Position numbers and translations under genes: made by a program. 64,000 nucleotides of DNA from Podarcis tiliguerta (Eukaryota), in the NCBI GenBank assembly GCA_965153285.1, contig OZ229121.1; one strand, given 5' to 3'. Within the stretch, counting starts at the first letter, position 1; each line of letters begins with the position of its first letter. The notes below the pieces were generated by a model. The model was given only the letters and a program-made list of their open reading frames with translations, was not told the origin of the DNA and ran no database searches. Positions 23,805 to 37,869 of the stretch are shown piece by piece.

Positions 23805-26250
23805 TACATCCTTTTCCACAAGTATTCTTTCAACCAGGTTTCTGGTAGAGCCAGAAAGCCAAGCAATTACACTGCTTTATAACCCAATTTTAAGCCTGCC
23901 TCATCCATCCATTTCCTATACTGTGTCTAACTCAGGACTACTTTGCAGAACAGAGCCTGTGATTACCTTTGGAAATTTCCTGGAACAGTAGGCACACATT
24001 TTATTCCAATATATTGGCAATAACTTTAAAATAGTTTTATTCAGCATTGCACATTATAACATTCATCTGCTAAGTTTACTACTTTTTGGCTCTGGCCTTG
24101 GCAACTTGTAGAATTCCGCTTCCCACCCTTTCTCATATTTTGTTTGTACAGTATGGAAGTCAAATACTTAGTTTCATACCCTCCAACATTTCTCTGGAGA
24201 AAATAGGGATGTCCTATTATAACAAAATAGGCACTGAAATTGGTTTTAAAAGAGAAGTTGTAAAATCTGAAAAAATACAGATTGTGATTTGTTCATTAAA
24301 ACCTTGCTGGCATAACAAAAAGTGCTGATTACTCTACTGTGCTATAAAATTTGAGATACTCAATCTTAGCAAGGCCACATCTTATTTAGCCACTCCATAA
24401 ATGCTATGTTCACTTTTCCTTATAAAGCAGCACTTAAAATCTGTCCACTGACTGAGATTAATCTTAGAGGCCCTTCTTTGGGTCTGATATTTTGGCCTGA
24501 CTAGTGGCATATAAATCAGTCCTACTAATAAATAAGTAAATATGTGTTATTTATAAATAAGAGCGAGGGAATATGCATGCCCAATTTGTAGAAAAGCCGT
24601 AAGATGTCAACTTTTCCCACATGACGAACCCTTACTGCCTTCAGCTTAGAATACTTCAGCGTTTTTGCATAAATATCAGAAAACATGTGGTGGTGATCAT
24701 ACATTATAAGATTCTAGTATTGTTTCTTCCTTCCAGTAATGAAGAAGCAGAGAAATGATTCAAAGAGAACTAAAAGGGTATTTTACATAAAGGGTATCTG
24801 TGCTTTGAAAACCAAAAACGTTTTCTTTTGCAACCAAAATGTTATAAATCCTATCCTTAAGTAAAGTGAAGCAAGCTTTACATATTCCCTCAAAAGCATT
24901 GGTCAATACCTAATGCAAGTTAATTTCATCTATAGCAGAGACTGCAGCCCAGACCATGTTTACTGCAGTAGGATTTACTCCCAAGTAAGTATGCCTTAGC
25001 CACGACTAACTCGTGGCACTTAGTTACAAATAACCTTTTGACGGATTTTGTCCATTCTGTAAAAAAATATCCCTTTTCTCTCATTCCTACACATTCTTAT
25101 TTCCCTTGCAATACACCTCTATTGCCATGGGTACACCAATTGGTCTGGAAAACCTTTTTCTTTGCCTTATGTGTGACATGCAGAATTCCAGTCAAGAGAC
25201 AGGATAATTCAGCAGTAACTCAAAATATTCACCAAGGGAATCTATTTTAAATATGCATTGTTTGCAACAAAGGAATAAAGCTATGAAAAATTTCTATTTG
25301 AAAATTAACTGTGGCTTTAAATTAATTTCTGTAATCACTGGTCATTAATATTTAACATATTCTTATAAAAGGATATTCTGCTGCAATTCCCCCAAGCACC
25401 TGACATTTAATATTGTGGAAATACTTCATCGTCTTGCCATCCCTAGGACTAGATTTGCAATAACAAGTAATGTTAAATGTATTTTTTGATAAAAAAAATC
25501 AATAATAAATAAATACATAAGCACTTCCCAGCAGATTGCTCCTGATGTTATTTACAAAATTAAAAAACAACGATGGAGTGACAGGGGATTTTATAACCAT
25601 TTCATTACTACCTCTTTAATTGTATATGGTGGAACTGCATAATCTGTTTATTGAAAATGAAATCTTTGGAACTGATTCTCCCTATAGACATTTGCCATAA
25701 GCATCCGGTGCAATAGCACAGCATGTAACGTAATATTAACATTATATGCATCAAGCTTTAAACATCCCTGTGGTTCCCCTGCTGGATCTGAACATTTTCT
25801 AACACTCTTGTGTTTTGCCAGTGCATTAAATCTCATATCTAATTTACAGACTGTAAAATACAATATTCACAGATTACAATAAATAAAGAAAGATACGTTC
25901 TGAAAACACACTTGAAATTGGTACATGGACAAGCTAGGCAATATTTAATAAAATGGAAATAAAGCAGACTCTTCCAGGAAATCTGAATGGGGCTCTATTG
26001 GAAAGAGATCACTTTCTTTCCACTGGACACGTCAGGATGCTATTGACACAGAAGTTAGTTCTGCCCAGAGGATACTGCTGGGTATTTTCTAGTCATAAGT
26101 AATGCCCATTGGGTGAAATCCACTTCTTTTACTCTATTGGGAGGCTGCTCACGGGGTGTAATCCTGCTTCCTTTGAAGCCAACAGCCATTTTGAGATGGG
26201 CTATTAAGACAGGTAGGATTTCACCCACGGCCTCTGCTGCGAACACTCAC

Positions 26251-26310
26251 CTAAGCAAAAGTATTGATGTGGTTGCTTGTAGAATTTATCCCAAAAGGAT
26301 TAATCAAAAA
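26251..26310 (-). other. Candidate 60-nt non-coding or poison exon
   Basis: Acceptor GAGCTTTCCTTAG, donor TAG/GTGAGT; no repeat recognised here; stops in all three frames. Confidence 0.35.
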
Positions 26311-26919
26311 CTAAGGAAAGCTCACATGAAGAATCCATACCTAATTCTTATTGACTTTAAACGTGAACTATATATATAAAAAAAGATTTTTACAATGGAT
26401 TGATGCTGTTTTTTCCTTATCTTACAATACAATAACCAAAATGAAGTTTTAAAACTCTTTCAGTTACAACTTGTAAGTGGTGTGTGAGTGTGGGGAGAGT
26501 TTCTCATTTTGATCCATTTATGGAGTTATTCAAAGAGCCTGAATGCTGTCAATATGTTCTAAAGAAAGCATCACTGGGCACTCCCTTGCACAGATATTAT
26601 TGCCCTATATTTGGATTCTCTTTCCTCCATGTGCTGTAAATTGCCTTACTCCTCCTCGTCTTCTCCACCTTCCCCACTACCTCATTTGTATGACCTTAAG
26701 CCTTCAATTTGCTTAAGTTTCTACTGCCCAGAATGACAAAAAGAGATGCATTTAAAATGTACCTTTACCTTTTTGATTCATTTTTAGCTGTCTGTCTGCA
26801 GTACTTTCTCACTGAGCATGATGTGAAGTAATAGCAGAGTGAAGACAATGTATAAACATATCAGACATGAAAGGAAACTCTTTTAAATAAGGACACAATC
26901 TAAAGACAGTTAGGTACGC

Positions 26920-27271
26920 GTAAAGGTAAAGGGACCCCTGACCATTAGGTCCAGCCATGGCCGACTCTGGGGTTGCGGCATTCATCTCGCTTTATTGGCC
27001 GAGGGAGCCAGCGTACAGCTTCCGGGTCATGTGGCCAGCATGCCTAAGCCGCTTCTGGCGAACCAGAGCAGCGCACAGAAACACCGTTTACCTTCCCGCC
27101 AGAGCGGTACCTATTTATCTACTTGCACTTTGACGTGCTTTCGAACTGCTAGGTTGGCAGGAGCAGGGACCGAGCAACAGGAGCTCACCCCGTCACGGGG
27201 TTCGAACTGCCGACCTTCTGATCGGCAAGTCCTAGGCTCTGTGGTTTAACCCACAGCGCCACCCACATCCC
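26920..27271 (-). mobile_element. Sauria SINE, full length
   Basis: Perfect 10-bp TSD TTAGGTACGC (26910-26919, 27272-27281). Confidence 0.96.
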
Positions 27272-27593
27272 TTAGGTACGCCTAGGTGCTAAGAAAATGA
27301 ATGTGACTCAGATGCACCTGATATTCTTTGGATTAAACCCTCTTCCAGGTTTTTGTTTTTGAAATGGTTTTGATGGTTAAAGAGACTTACAGCTGATCAA
27401 ACATGACTGGAATGTTAGGGGACCAATCCTATGTCCAAGTGGCTGGTAATATTTGTAGCGAGGAACCTCATGACTCAGATCAATGGCATCATTCTTTTCA
27501 GTACTGGAAGTCATGGCCTAGAAAGCAAACATGCCCTCCTGCCAGTGCAAGGTGGCTGGCTCCTTTCTGCATATAGTGTCTTGAGAACAGCAA

Positions 27594-28408
27594 TGTTGTT
27601 AGAAACCTAGGACGGTGGAGGAGGACCTCCCCTTTCTACCCCTTGGAAGAGGGAGGAGGGCTGCCAACTCTCCCCTCCAACCTTCCTGTGGAATGGAGAG
27701 CCTTGGTGGAGACTGTGGAGGGAAGCTGAACAGGAGGCAGCAGCCTTAACAGGACAGTGCTGTTTTGTTGCCTAGATCTAGGTGCCACCTTTGCAGATGG
27801 GAGCAGACCCACCTTCCCTGGCAGAGTGCACACTTGCAATCTTGACAATCCCATAAACTGAGAGCCACAATCCCATAAACTGGATAACCAGACTCATATA
27901 ACCAAAATGCTTGTCTAATTCATGCATGGAGGGGCTAACGCCATAGAGTAAGCTGTCTGGCCAGGCTTAGCTAGGTCACCACCCCTCACTCTGGGGAGAA
28001 AGATGTCAAGTCTATTGGTTCCTTCAGTCTAACATGTGAACGCTGATATGTAAAGAAGTCTCAGCTGGATGAGACACCATGGCTTTTCCACTTTGGAACT
28101 AACCTAAGTTTTGCTGACTGTGTTTTCTGACTGCTGTATGGAAAAGCACATGAATCTGACCTTCGAAGTTTGTAAGGAAATCATTTTTAACTTACTAAAC
28201 ATGTGGCGCAAGTGGGAAACTTTGGAAGGAACTCAGAAGGGTATATTTGAAAGCCTAATCGCCTGCATTTTCACTCTTCACTTTGCTTTTGTTTTGTGAT
28301 TTTAAATCTCTGCTGGGGTTGTTTCACAACAGAATACATGCCCCAAAGCTGGATCTTGGCATCCAGGGAATTCTCTTTTTATACCTATTTTTTCCTTGCC
28401 AACCATCA
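27594..28408 (+). mobile_element. Old LTR-like interspersed repeat (copy 2)
   Basis: Homologous to 5890-6497 from 27890 onward; 5' limit uncertain. Confidence 0.55.
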
Positions 28409-31400
28409 TGAATCTCATGACTGAGTGCACCATGCCTTGCCTTCTAAAGCTGTTGGGAGGGGCAGGAAAACTTGTTGGGACATCTTTGTCCAGTTCTGAA
28501 TTTCTTGCCCTCTTCTGGAACTCCTGAACCGTGGCTCCCAAGCACTGTGTCTGATGCCGAGTCTGTACCGCTACTTGCATGAATAAACATATCTCCCCTA
28601 CTTAAGCAGCCCTGTCCATATGTGCTGGGCAGGAGCCAGGACAGATATACCCAGAATGACATGGGATCCAGCCACATAGAAATGGCTGCCATTAATACTG
28701 TGGTTAATGTATAAATTGGCCCTTAGTAACACAATCTGTGGAGTTCAATTGCAGCTATTTGGCTCCCTCTTTCATAAAGAAAGGGGTGCCTGCAAGTGAT
28801 TCCTGTGGCTTAATGGACATCCTGTCTTGTGTGAATCACTGGCATAAACAACAGGTCATGCCCTGTTTCTGAAGTTCCTGGACACATAAACTTTGGTTTG
28901 GTTGGCACTGGAAACAGGAAGCTGGACTAGATAGATTTTTGGTCCAGCAGGAGCGGTCTCCTGCTCTTATGGAGCAAATCACGTGTACAAACAATTCACA
29001 GAATATATTTCTGTAAGTATCCAAACATGCAAAGCATTTCTCACTGGAAACATTTTGAATTTGAAAAACCAATTTGAATTGACTCTTGGAAGACAACCCT
29101 AAGAGAGTTGCACACTTTGAGCTTGCTCATGATGGATAATGAAGAGCCTCTGTGTTTTGTTTTGTTTAAAAAAAAACAACACAATTTTTTTTAAAGGGTT
29201 GCAAGAAAAAGCCAAGGAAAAAGAGAGCTAAACCTTTGTTTTCTCTACCTTTCAGCTATAAGAAATGTCAAGTTTCATCTTTTTCCATTTTTTCCTTTCC
29301 CAGTGACAAAGTTTGCCTGTTATTCAGAGACCAAGACTGGGAGCCTTCACAGCCCTTCCAGAGAAAGGGCAAGAGTGCTGACTCTTTCTTTCTGCAGCAG
29401 TTTGGGCATTAGATAGATGTTAACAAAAAACAAAGACCACAATATAACAAATGAAACTTTTTCATTTCCCAATACGCCATAGGTCCATACCTAACCTGTT
29501 GTCCTATGCTATCTCCTATTGTTGCGAAGGTTTTTCATTTCCCTTTTTTAAAAGGCTGGGCATTCAGTCTGAAATGCTAAAAAAGGGGGGGATGGGAGGA
29601 AATCAAAGGATGCCAAACACTTTGAAAAAGCCTTTCAGGTCTTTTTCATATATCATTAGAAACCCAAACATGAAAACAATTTGCTGCAGGTTGAACTACT
29701 AGATGACCCCCAGGGTTCCTTCCAACTCTACAGCTTGTTGAGTCTATGAATTTGCCAGACTGTCATCACTGGAAAATATTTATTACTGAGACATATATAA
29801 GATTTATTACATTTAGTTAAAATTCTTATTACAGCTGTGCACAGAAAAGTATTCCATTTTGACACCCGCCTTGTTGGCTGAGATAGTGGGCCACTTCAGC
29901 TTGGAGCCTGAAGCTCTGCTTCACGTCACTGAGCCAAGGCTGAGGTTGCCTTGACCGTTTTGCAAAGCCTCGGGTGCCTCTCCCACTGGCTTTAATGGGA
30001 AACCAACAAACGCTATAAACCTTTCATACAGAATTGGATGAAATCTGCAAGCCTAGTAGTCATGGGCGTAGCTCTCCCCCAACAAAAATCCTCTGCTAGT
30101 AGTCCCTTCAGAGTCTGCCAAATTTCAAACCAATAGGTACAGGGGCTAGGCTGTTATGAATAAAAAACAGTATTTGAGGCTTTTTCAAAAAAAATATTTA
30201 TTCTGCTCAGTTTGCACCAAAATCACAGAATGTGCAAAGCTGATTAGGATGAAGTGCCTATGGACAGAGGCACTGAGAATACCGTGTTCATTTGTAACAT
30301 TGCTTGGCAGGCAAGACTCTGTGTTGGTTTGCATCCTGTGTTGCGTACAGGTATATTGTGTCACTGTGTTGCATACACCCGCTCCAAGTGTTCTAGTGTA
30401 ACAAGCACTAATGAAAGACTCTTCTTTCTTGTAAAGTCTTAAGAATCCCTGTCTCAGGCAAAAAAGAACTCACTGCCTAAGGGTTGGCTCATTTGAGGGA
30501 TCGTGGATGAAATGAGTCTTTAGGCAGAGCTGGAGAGTACTCGAAAGGAAGGTGAAGAGATGGCTCTTTCATTGCAATGCTCTTTCACCTGAGTAGGACT
30601 CTTGCAATGGAGCTCAAATTTTGCTTGAGGCAACCTAGTGATATATGGAACGCATGCTGAAATTTCACTAACCAACATTATTTTAATTCCCATGAAATTT
30701 CCACAGAGCTTTTGCTTGAACCAGACTCTACGCATTCCCATTTAATTTGCTTCCATCAAATATTTCTGAATTTATAGTTAGAGGAACAAAATGGACATCT
30801 GCTTAATAAGGAACACTTGGCATAGGAATGGAGCAACTTAAATGTCTTTAAGTGTGCTTTGACAATCTCCTTCATTGCCAGTTCAATTGTCTTCCTATTC
30901 TTTTTTTTTTAGTAACCCAACACACTTCTTCAGCCAGAGTGGCAGTCTTGCTACAGAAAAGGCCAGTAAAGCTATTTGGAATTATCTATTGCCATAATGC
31001 ACACAGTTACTCAAACAGGTTTCTTGACCATTCTTTCTCTTCTAGGAAAACAAGAAGTCTGACGAAGGTCCTCTAACAAATCTGCACAAGGCTCCAAAAA
31101 CGCTAGGAGAAGTTCTGGCAGTTTCCAAATCTTAATTCTTTAATGCCTCTAAAGCCTGAGTGGAATTAATAATTCCTGACAAAAGTTTCAATAAGACCAT
31201 CTGATTTTAAAGGTGGGGGTCACTACAGTTGATATAAATGCATTAATGGCTGTGTCAGACTGATTGTAGAAATACACATATATGCAACTGAGAGGATGAA
31301 ACTTTATAAAAACTTTCAGTCATCTTCATTTGGTGCCTTTCTCTATGCTGTTATCACTGGCCTTAAAAGGAGAGGCATCGGTAGCTGATGCACAGACCCA

Positions 31401-31569
31401 TTGGCTCCTGCTCATGCAAGTTGCCCCAATCATGCAATATCTTGGTGAGGGCAGCTCTGAATCCAGAGGAATATTCAAATGTTTCCCCTTCCATTGAAAT
31501 GGAAGGGGAGGCTCCTGCAAGGAGGAAATTCCACGGCGTATCAGATCCTTTCTGTCTGCAATAGGCGCT

Positions 31570-31829
31570 TTTGTTGTTGTTTAGTCGTTCAGTCGTGTCC
31601 GACTCTTCGTGACCCCATGGACCAGAGCACGCCAGGCACTCCTGTCTTCCACTGCCACCCGCACTTTGGTCAGATTCATGTTTGTAGCTTCGAGAACACT
31701 GTCCCACCATCTCGTCCTCTGTCTTCCCCTTCTCCTTGTGCCCTCCATCTTTCCCAACATCAGGGTCTTTTCCAGTGAGTCTTCTCTTCTCATGAGGTGG
31801 CCAAAGTATTGGAGCCTCAGCTTCACAAC
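31570..31829 (-). mobile_element. RTE-BovB LINE 3' fragment
   Basis: KLRLQYFGHLMRREDSLEKTLMLGKMEGTRRRGRQRTRW; (CAA)n tail; 12-bp TSD GCAATAGGCGCT / GCAATAGGCACT. Confidence 0.95.
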
Positions 31830-33429
31830 GCAATAGGCACTGGATTGGGGTAAATAGTTTTCTTCTCCTTGTGACGAAATATTGCCCAATTAATTTACAG
31901 AAAAGGGCAATGTGTGGGCTGCATTACAAAGATCTAGATTTCAGGCAACTTTTGCTTTGATGAGACCATAATCAAGGTGCGTTGGTGATTTTCAAAATAC
32001 AGGAGGAATTCTATGACTATGAGAATTACAGGTGGTGTCATTAAGCACAGAAATCCTAAAGCAGTCTTGACAAGTATGCATGAATTTATCTTTGCCACTC
32101 TATCATGCCAAAAGCTTTCCATCCTCTCATTTGAAGGATTAAGACTTTACCTAGAGATGTGTCAAACAGGCCTCCTATGAATCCTAGATGATGAGAGTTT
32201 GGAAATTTTATTATGAAACCTCCTTCACATGCCTCTGCTACACATTATAATACATGGTAAAACTCTCATGTGCTACTAAGGAGTTGTCCTTGGTTGGACA
32301 ATTGAATAAGAAAAATATCAGCTGCAGCCTTCTCTTTAAGATGAATTAAAGCTCCACGTGTCAGGAACTCAGAAACTCGAAAGACATGAGTCAATTGGAA
32401 GGCACATTTCAATTTTATTCTGTGGTCGCATTGCAGTGAAAGAGACTTCAACATATAATTCTGTATTAACAGTAATAAAAGATGACAATGAAAACAGTAC
32501 TTTCTCAGAAAGTTTTGCAGATAAGCATAGTACCTGGAAACTCATGCCACATTTAATTGCTTTCCAGCTGTGTATTTTATAAGTCAACTGCTGAGGGAGT
32601 TAAAATCACTTTGTACAGCTTTTAATCAGCATTCAATAGTGACTGGTAAGGACCATTTTAACCCAAACCAAGTTCCAGTTATCATGTGTATAATGAATAG
32701 GTTCTACATGGTGATTTTCCCTTGTCATGTGTGCCAAAGCCCAGAAAGGATTTCGACTAAATGGGCCGCCAAATGGGGAGAGCAAAACATACCACTTCTT
32801 GGGAAATCATAACACAGGGTGCAATAATCTATCAGTTTCACCATTCCTATTAAATATTCAACAATTCATTTTTCCACTGACTTGTAGGAAAAGAGCACAT
32901 TCTTTCTGGCTATATTCTTCTCAGCTCAAGACTCTCTTTTCCTATCACCTCACACCCAGTTGCCCTGACAACCTTCCAAACCCCCAGTCTCTGTTCACAC
33001 CTCAGGGCAAAAGGGGAAGGACAGTTCTCTGGCATTGCCAATGGCCCTCAATAGCCCTGTGTTGTTTCTGAAGGGCCTAGCTTGGCCAGGTCGTTAGCCT
33101 GGGAATTCCTCTGCAGCTGGTATTTCTCCCTTCACATCTCAAATAATCAAAATCCTACCATTTATTAATTTCTAGGATTTAGGGGAGTCCCCCTCCCAAA
33201 TCTATAACAGTATTGACATTTTTGCTGTTTTCCAAGAATGGAGTCTAGACAGTCTGATCTGCCAATAATCTTTGAGGACTTTCTGTTTTAACCAGAAAAC
33301 AGTACTATGGAGAACATGGCTAGAGACAATTGTTTCTCTTTCCCTCATAATAATAGAATACAATGAAATTGACTGGCAGTAGTTTGAGACTGACAAGCGG
33401 AAGCGCTTCTTTATGCAACACATAATTAA

Positions 33430-33770
33430 ATCGTGCAATTCACCACCAGATGTGATGGCTACTAGCTTAACTGAAAAGCATTAGACAAATTCATGGATGA
33501 TAGGTCAATAAATGGCTATTAGCTATGATAGCTGGATGGTACCTCCATATTTAGAGTCACTATGGCTCTAGTGCTGACACGGGTGACAAACAGGGGGTGC
33601 TTGTCACATATGGACTGGTGCTTATTACATATGGGGACACTGGGGACAAAGAAAAGGGGATACTTATCATGTTTGTGAGTTTCCAAAAGAATCTGGCTGG
33701 CCACTGCTCAAAGCAAAATATGGTAGCAGAGCCAGAGGGAAATGGCTCTGATGCTTCTCTGATCATGTAT
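33430..33770 (+). mobile_element. Old CR1 3' end
   Basis: ATTAGACAAATTCATGGATGATAGGTCAATAAATGGCTATTAGC motif typical of squamate CR1 3' regions. Confidence 0.55.
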
Positions 33771-34860
33771 TAACTGGAATTTATTTGGGCTGTTAGACTA
33801 ATCACTGCCTACCAACAAATTTAAAAAATGGAGATAGCAGTCATGAGAGGGCTGACATACAAATTTATCCTTTTGCTGCTCTTTCTCTGCTTCAGGGTTG
33901 CACTGCCATTGTCCCATTAAAGTCCAACCCTGAGCACTGGGATGTTAAAATGTACCTGCCAGTCCATTCAGCAGAACAGTAGCTATATTCTATACTAAAG
34001 CACGGCTGCAATTTTCTACCTAAGTTTTTATTTGATATTCATCATGCATGTTGGTGTTCAGCAGCAGCCAGGAGACAGACCGTAACAAAAATGTTACTTT
34101 AAAAATAGTTTTAATTTAATGCATCAAAGGAAAGCCAGCATTTGTAACGGCTAACAGAGGACTCAAAGTATGGCAGGAGGAATGAAGAGCCGGGGAGCCA
34201 AAAATCTGAGCAAAGGAGGAGGTTATCGTTTTCTACATAGAATTATTTGAACTGCCATGTGGTGGATAATTACAATGATGTTGATGAAGTGAATATTGTA
34301 CGTAAAATACATTTTTAGTAACGTGAAATACAACTGATGTCATATTTTCAAGGTAAATCCAGCTTCAGCAGATCTATGGAAAAGTGGCTAGACGTAAAGG
34401 AATTAGGGTTTCCAGCTACTCTGAAAATCTCTTATTTTAGTACCTAAAAGGGAGTGGATAAAATGAGGCTTGAATGCCTCCAGAAATGCTGGAGGAAGCC
34501 AGACAAAGCACATCCATGCCTCCCTTCTCCACACCTGTGCATCATGCGCATGTGAAGAGAACCCCACAATGGAGAGGTGTCCATGCTGGCCTAACAGGAA
34601 GAGTTTGAGAGCCCTCTTCCCCTTGAAAGGGTGGAAGTAATTACATTGCTTATTTTTGATGTGACAGAAAAATGTAGAGATAGTAAACCCAGGTCATTTG
34701 CGCCATTTCCCCCCCCCCCCATATCAATATCTAACCCACACTTAGACACAACTCTGATATTATTGCAGTAGCATTCGAATCACTTCCTTGTACTTGAGAG
34801 CTATGCACTTCAATAAAATCAGGCTGGGTGAAGGGCACCGTTTCTTCCCAGAGCAAATGT

Positions 34861-35222
34861 AAGGTAAAGGTACCCCTGCCCGTACGGGCCAGTCTTGTCA
34901 GACTCTAGGGTTGTGCGCTCATCTCACTCTAGAGGCCGGGAGCCGGAGCCGTCCGCAGACACTTCCGGGTCACGTGGCCAGTGTGACATCGCTGCTCTGG
35001 CGAGCCTGCACCAGCGCAGCACACGGAATGCCGTTTACCTTCCCGCTATAAAGCGGTACCTATTTATCTACTTGCACTTTGACGTGCTTTCGTACTGCTA
35101 GGTGGGCAGGAGCTGGGACCGAACGACGGGAGCTCACCCCGCCGCGGGGATTCGAACCGCCGACCATACGATCGGCAAGTCCTAAGGCACTGTGGTTTTA
35201 CCCACAGCGCCACCCGCGTCCT
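34861..35222 (-). mobile_element. Sauria SINE, distinct CpG-rich subfamily
   Basis: Perfect 13-bp TSD CCAGAGCAAATGT; different 3' end (GCCCGTACGGGC...GGGGTACCTTTACCTT). Confidence 0.95.
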
Positions 35223-35326
35223 CCAGAGCAAATGTGCCCACACACAAAAAAAGCATCTTGGCTGTTAAACCAGCTTCCAAACCAGCTTCTAGGTGGTGAC
35301 ATGGCCACATCAGTTAACCAGTCCAG

Positions 35327-35400
35327 GATAATAATAATAATTTATTATTTATTATTATTTATACCCCGCCCATCCGGTTGGGTTTCCCCAGCCACTCTGG
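35327..35400 (-). mobile_element. L2 3' tip
   Basis: ATACCCCGCCCATCCGGTTGGGTTTCCCCAGCCACTCTGG plus (ATT)n; matches 48250-48295. Confidence 0.75.
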
Positions 35401-37869
35401 ATATTCTAGGGTGAAAATTTACAGAAACAATATCTTAATGTCATAAAGTTTGGGCTCTTTGAAATTGAGCATGAGCCATCAAGATGTGATTCAGCCCTGC
35501 CCCATATTTTGTGACTTGTTTGCAATGTGAAACCATTGAAAATCTGCTCTAGACAAAAATCTTACAGAGATGTTTCTTTTGGCTATCCGGATGCTAAATG
35601 TGGCACTTCCTTTGAACCGGTTGTTCTACTACGCTATCTGAGGACAGAAAAGCATATTATAAGCAAAGGGGGCCTATTGCCCCAAATGGAAGGTCTATGT
35701 TGAGTTATTCTGTTGTCCTAACATTTGTGTCTCCCTACCCTGCCCCCCATTACCAGTGCTGTGGATTGTGCCTGTACTGGTAGTGCTGGGGCGGAAAGAA
35801 CACTGGGTGATGGTGTCAAGACATAGAGTAAGTTTTACCACTAGTTTAGAAGAACTTTACACAGGACTGTTACAGGATGGCAGAACTAAATGAAAAGTTT
35901 CCAGTCCTGCTTATTATACCAAATTGGTTTATGTTCTGTTTTCTTCTTCTGGAATGAAGAATGTAGGCAATGGTTTGTTCATTTTTTAAATGTTTTGCTA
36001 GATTCAGGGTGAGCAAATACTTCCCCCAGCCTGTGCTGCATAAACACAGAGCCTAAAAGCTTCAGGCGACTTTTACCCCTGGACTCTGTTTTTGTCAGAT
36101 CAATGACAAGTCACGTTAACAGCGGTGTTTAATTCTATCAATATGTGACCAATTGTGTTAGATTGTTTGGCCATTGATTTCACTTAGTGCTACTGTTGAG
36201 CTCTGAAAAGCAACTAGTTCTCCCTACATTACCTCATACAGTGACAAATGCCTATGCCGACTTTCCATCTCGCCAGCACACAAGGCTTGCTTTGAGAGGT
36301 GCCTCTTTGTATATTAGATGAAGGCCACCTAAAGAGAATATTCCCCTGAAATACAATGGCCTATAATGACTCCTTGATTTTAAAGAAAGAATAAATTAAC
36401 ACAATGCCACTACAGTCCAACCCCCCCCCCCAAAAAAAAACCAGGCTATTTTTTGGCTAGGTTTGGTGTTATACTAGTTTTACTACATAAAATACACTGA
36501 AATAAAAATACAATTAAATTTTATGATTTATATATATTCAAAACCTGTTTATTTAAACATGCAACAAGAGTATGGTTAATGCCTCAAAGCTCTTGAGCCT
36601 AAAGGTTTCCTGTAATAATCAAATGAGACTTCTTTATATGTTTTTAAATCTTCTTTTGCCAGCCTCATCTGCAAGGTTTGAAATAGTCTAGTCTAGACAG
36701 AAGTATTTCATACAATTCCATGATGCCTGCAAACAACATGTGATGCCATCATGATGAGATTATGCCACACCATGTACTGGATACTGAATAGAAGTGAAAA
36801 TCACCGCACAGAGGTGGCATGGATAGAGTTATGTGTAGACTAGCTGTAAATGCAAATTAAGGACATTTAAGAAGGACCACTCTTGGAGAGAACTAGCTGC
36901 TTCCAGTAGCCTTCTGAAAGATCTGAGTACTTGCTGGGAAGGGTACTCTACTCGGGTGCTAAATCTCTCTTTATGCTTACCTTACCTCCATACATTACAT
37001 GGGCTACATTACTACAGCTGTTTTTTCTTTCTCCTCCCAGACCTTTTTTTAAGTATCTACAGAATCAATGAGCAGTCAGATTCTTATTCAGTGCTGGAAA
37101 AGTATATTCACTGGGGCCTGGGATATAGATTTACACATAATGTGAAGACGACATTATTAAAATGCTTCTCTTGTGCCTGTTCATCACTTGGTGAGGGCAC
37201 TGCCAAGGGGTCATGTGCATGTGCTAATATGCAATCGCTTATCAAAACCGCATGTGAAATTTGCATATTGCCTCCTATCACCTCAGACACAATGATTTTC
37301 AATGGAATTAGTCAATGTTGAGTAGTCAAATAATGCATGCACACGTGAGATCGGGCTGTCAGACTTCTGAAGTCTGTATTACAGCGTGCTTTTTCTTCTT
37401 GAATCATCTCCTACTGCCAGCTTACTGGTGACCCATCCATTTAGCTACATACTGTATCTTGATAACTCAGAAGCTTTCTCCCTTAACTCAAGTTTTCTGG
37501 TGATTACTAGACCCACATCACCCACTTTTGGGCTTTCCACAGGTATCTGAAGACCACAGCAGGGAACAAAATGCTGGACCAGAGAAGCCTTGGGTCTGAT
37601 TCATGAAGGCTCTCCTTCTGTTATATTCTTATCTGTCAACCACATCTGACTACTTCTACATTTTCACCCAGGTTGAGGTTGGTAAGGTTAAAGTCTGGGG
37701 AAAGCAGATCCAGAGCAGGTCAGATATGGAACAGCATCTCAAAAGATTAATAACTGGAATCAGAAACAAGAATGTTCAGATACAGGATCCTGGAGAGGTC
37801 CCACAGAAAATTAGACATGTTCCAAAGAGTGCTGGGGTGTGTGTGTTAAGCTGTGACCATATTGTTACC

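Larger units (their letters stand above)
23100..23844. repeat. Long inverted repeat (~90-bp arms, 40-bp spacer), each arm interrupted by a MITE
   Basis: After removing both MITEs and one TA each, left arm CAGAAACCTGGTTGAAAGAATAATTGTGG...GACTCTTACTACCCT is the reverse complement of the right arm with about 3 mismatches. Confidence 0.92.
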
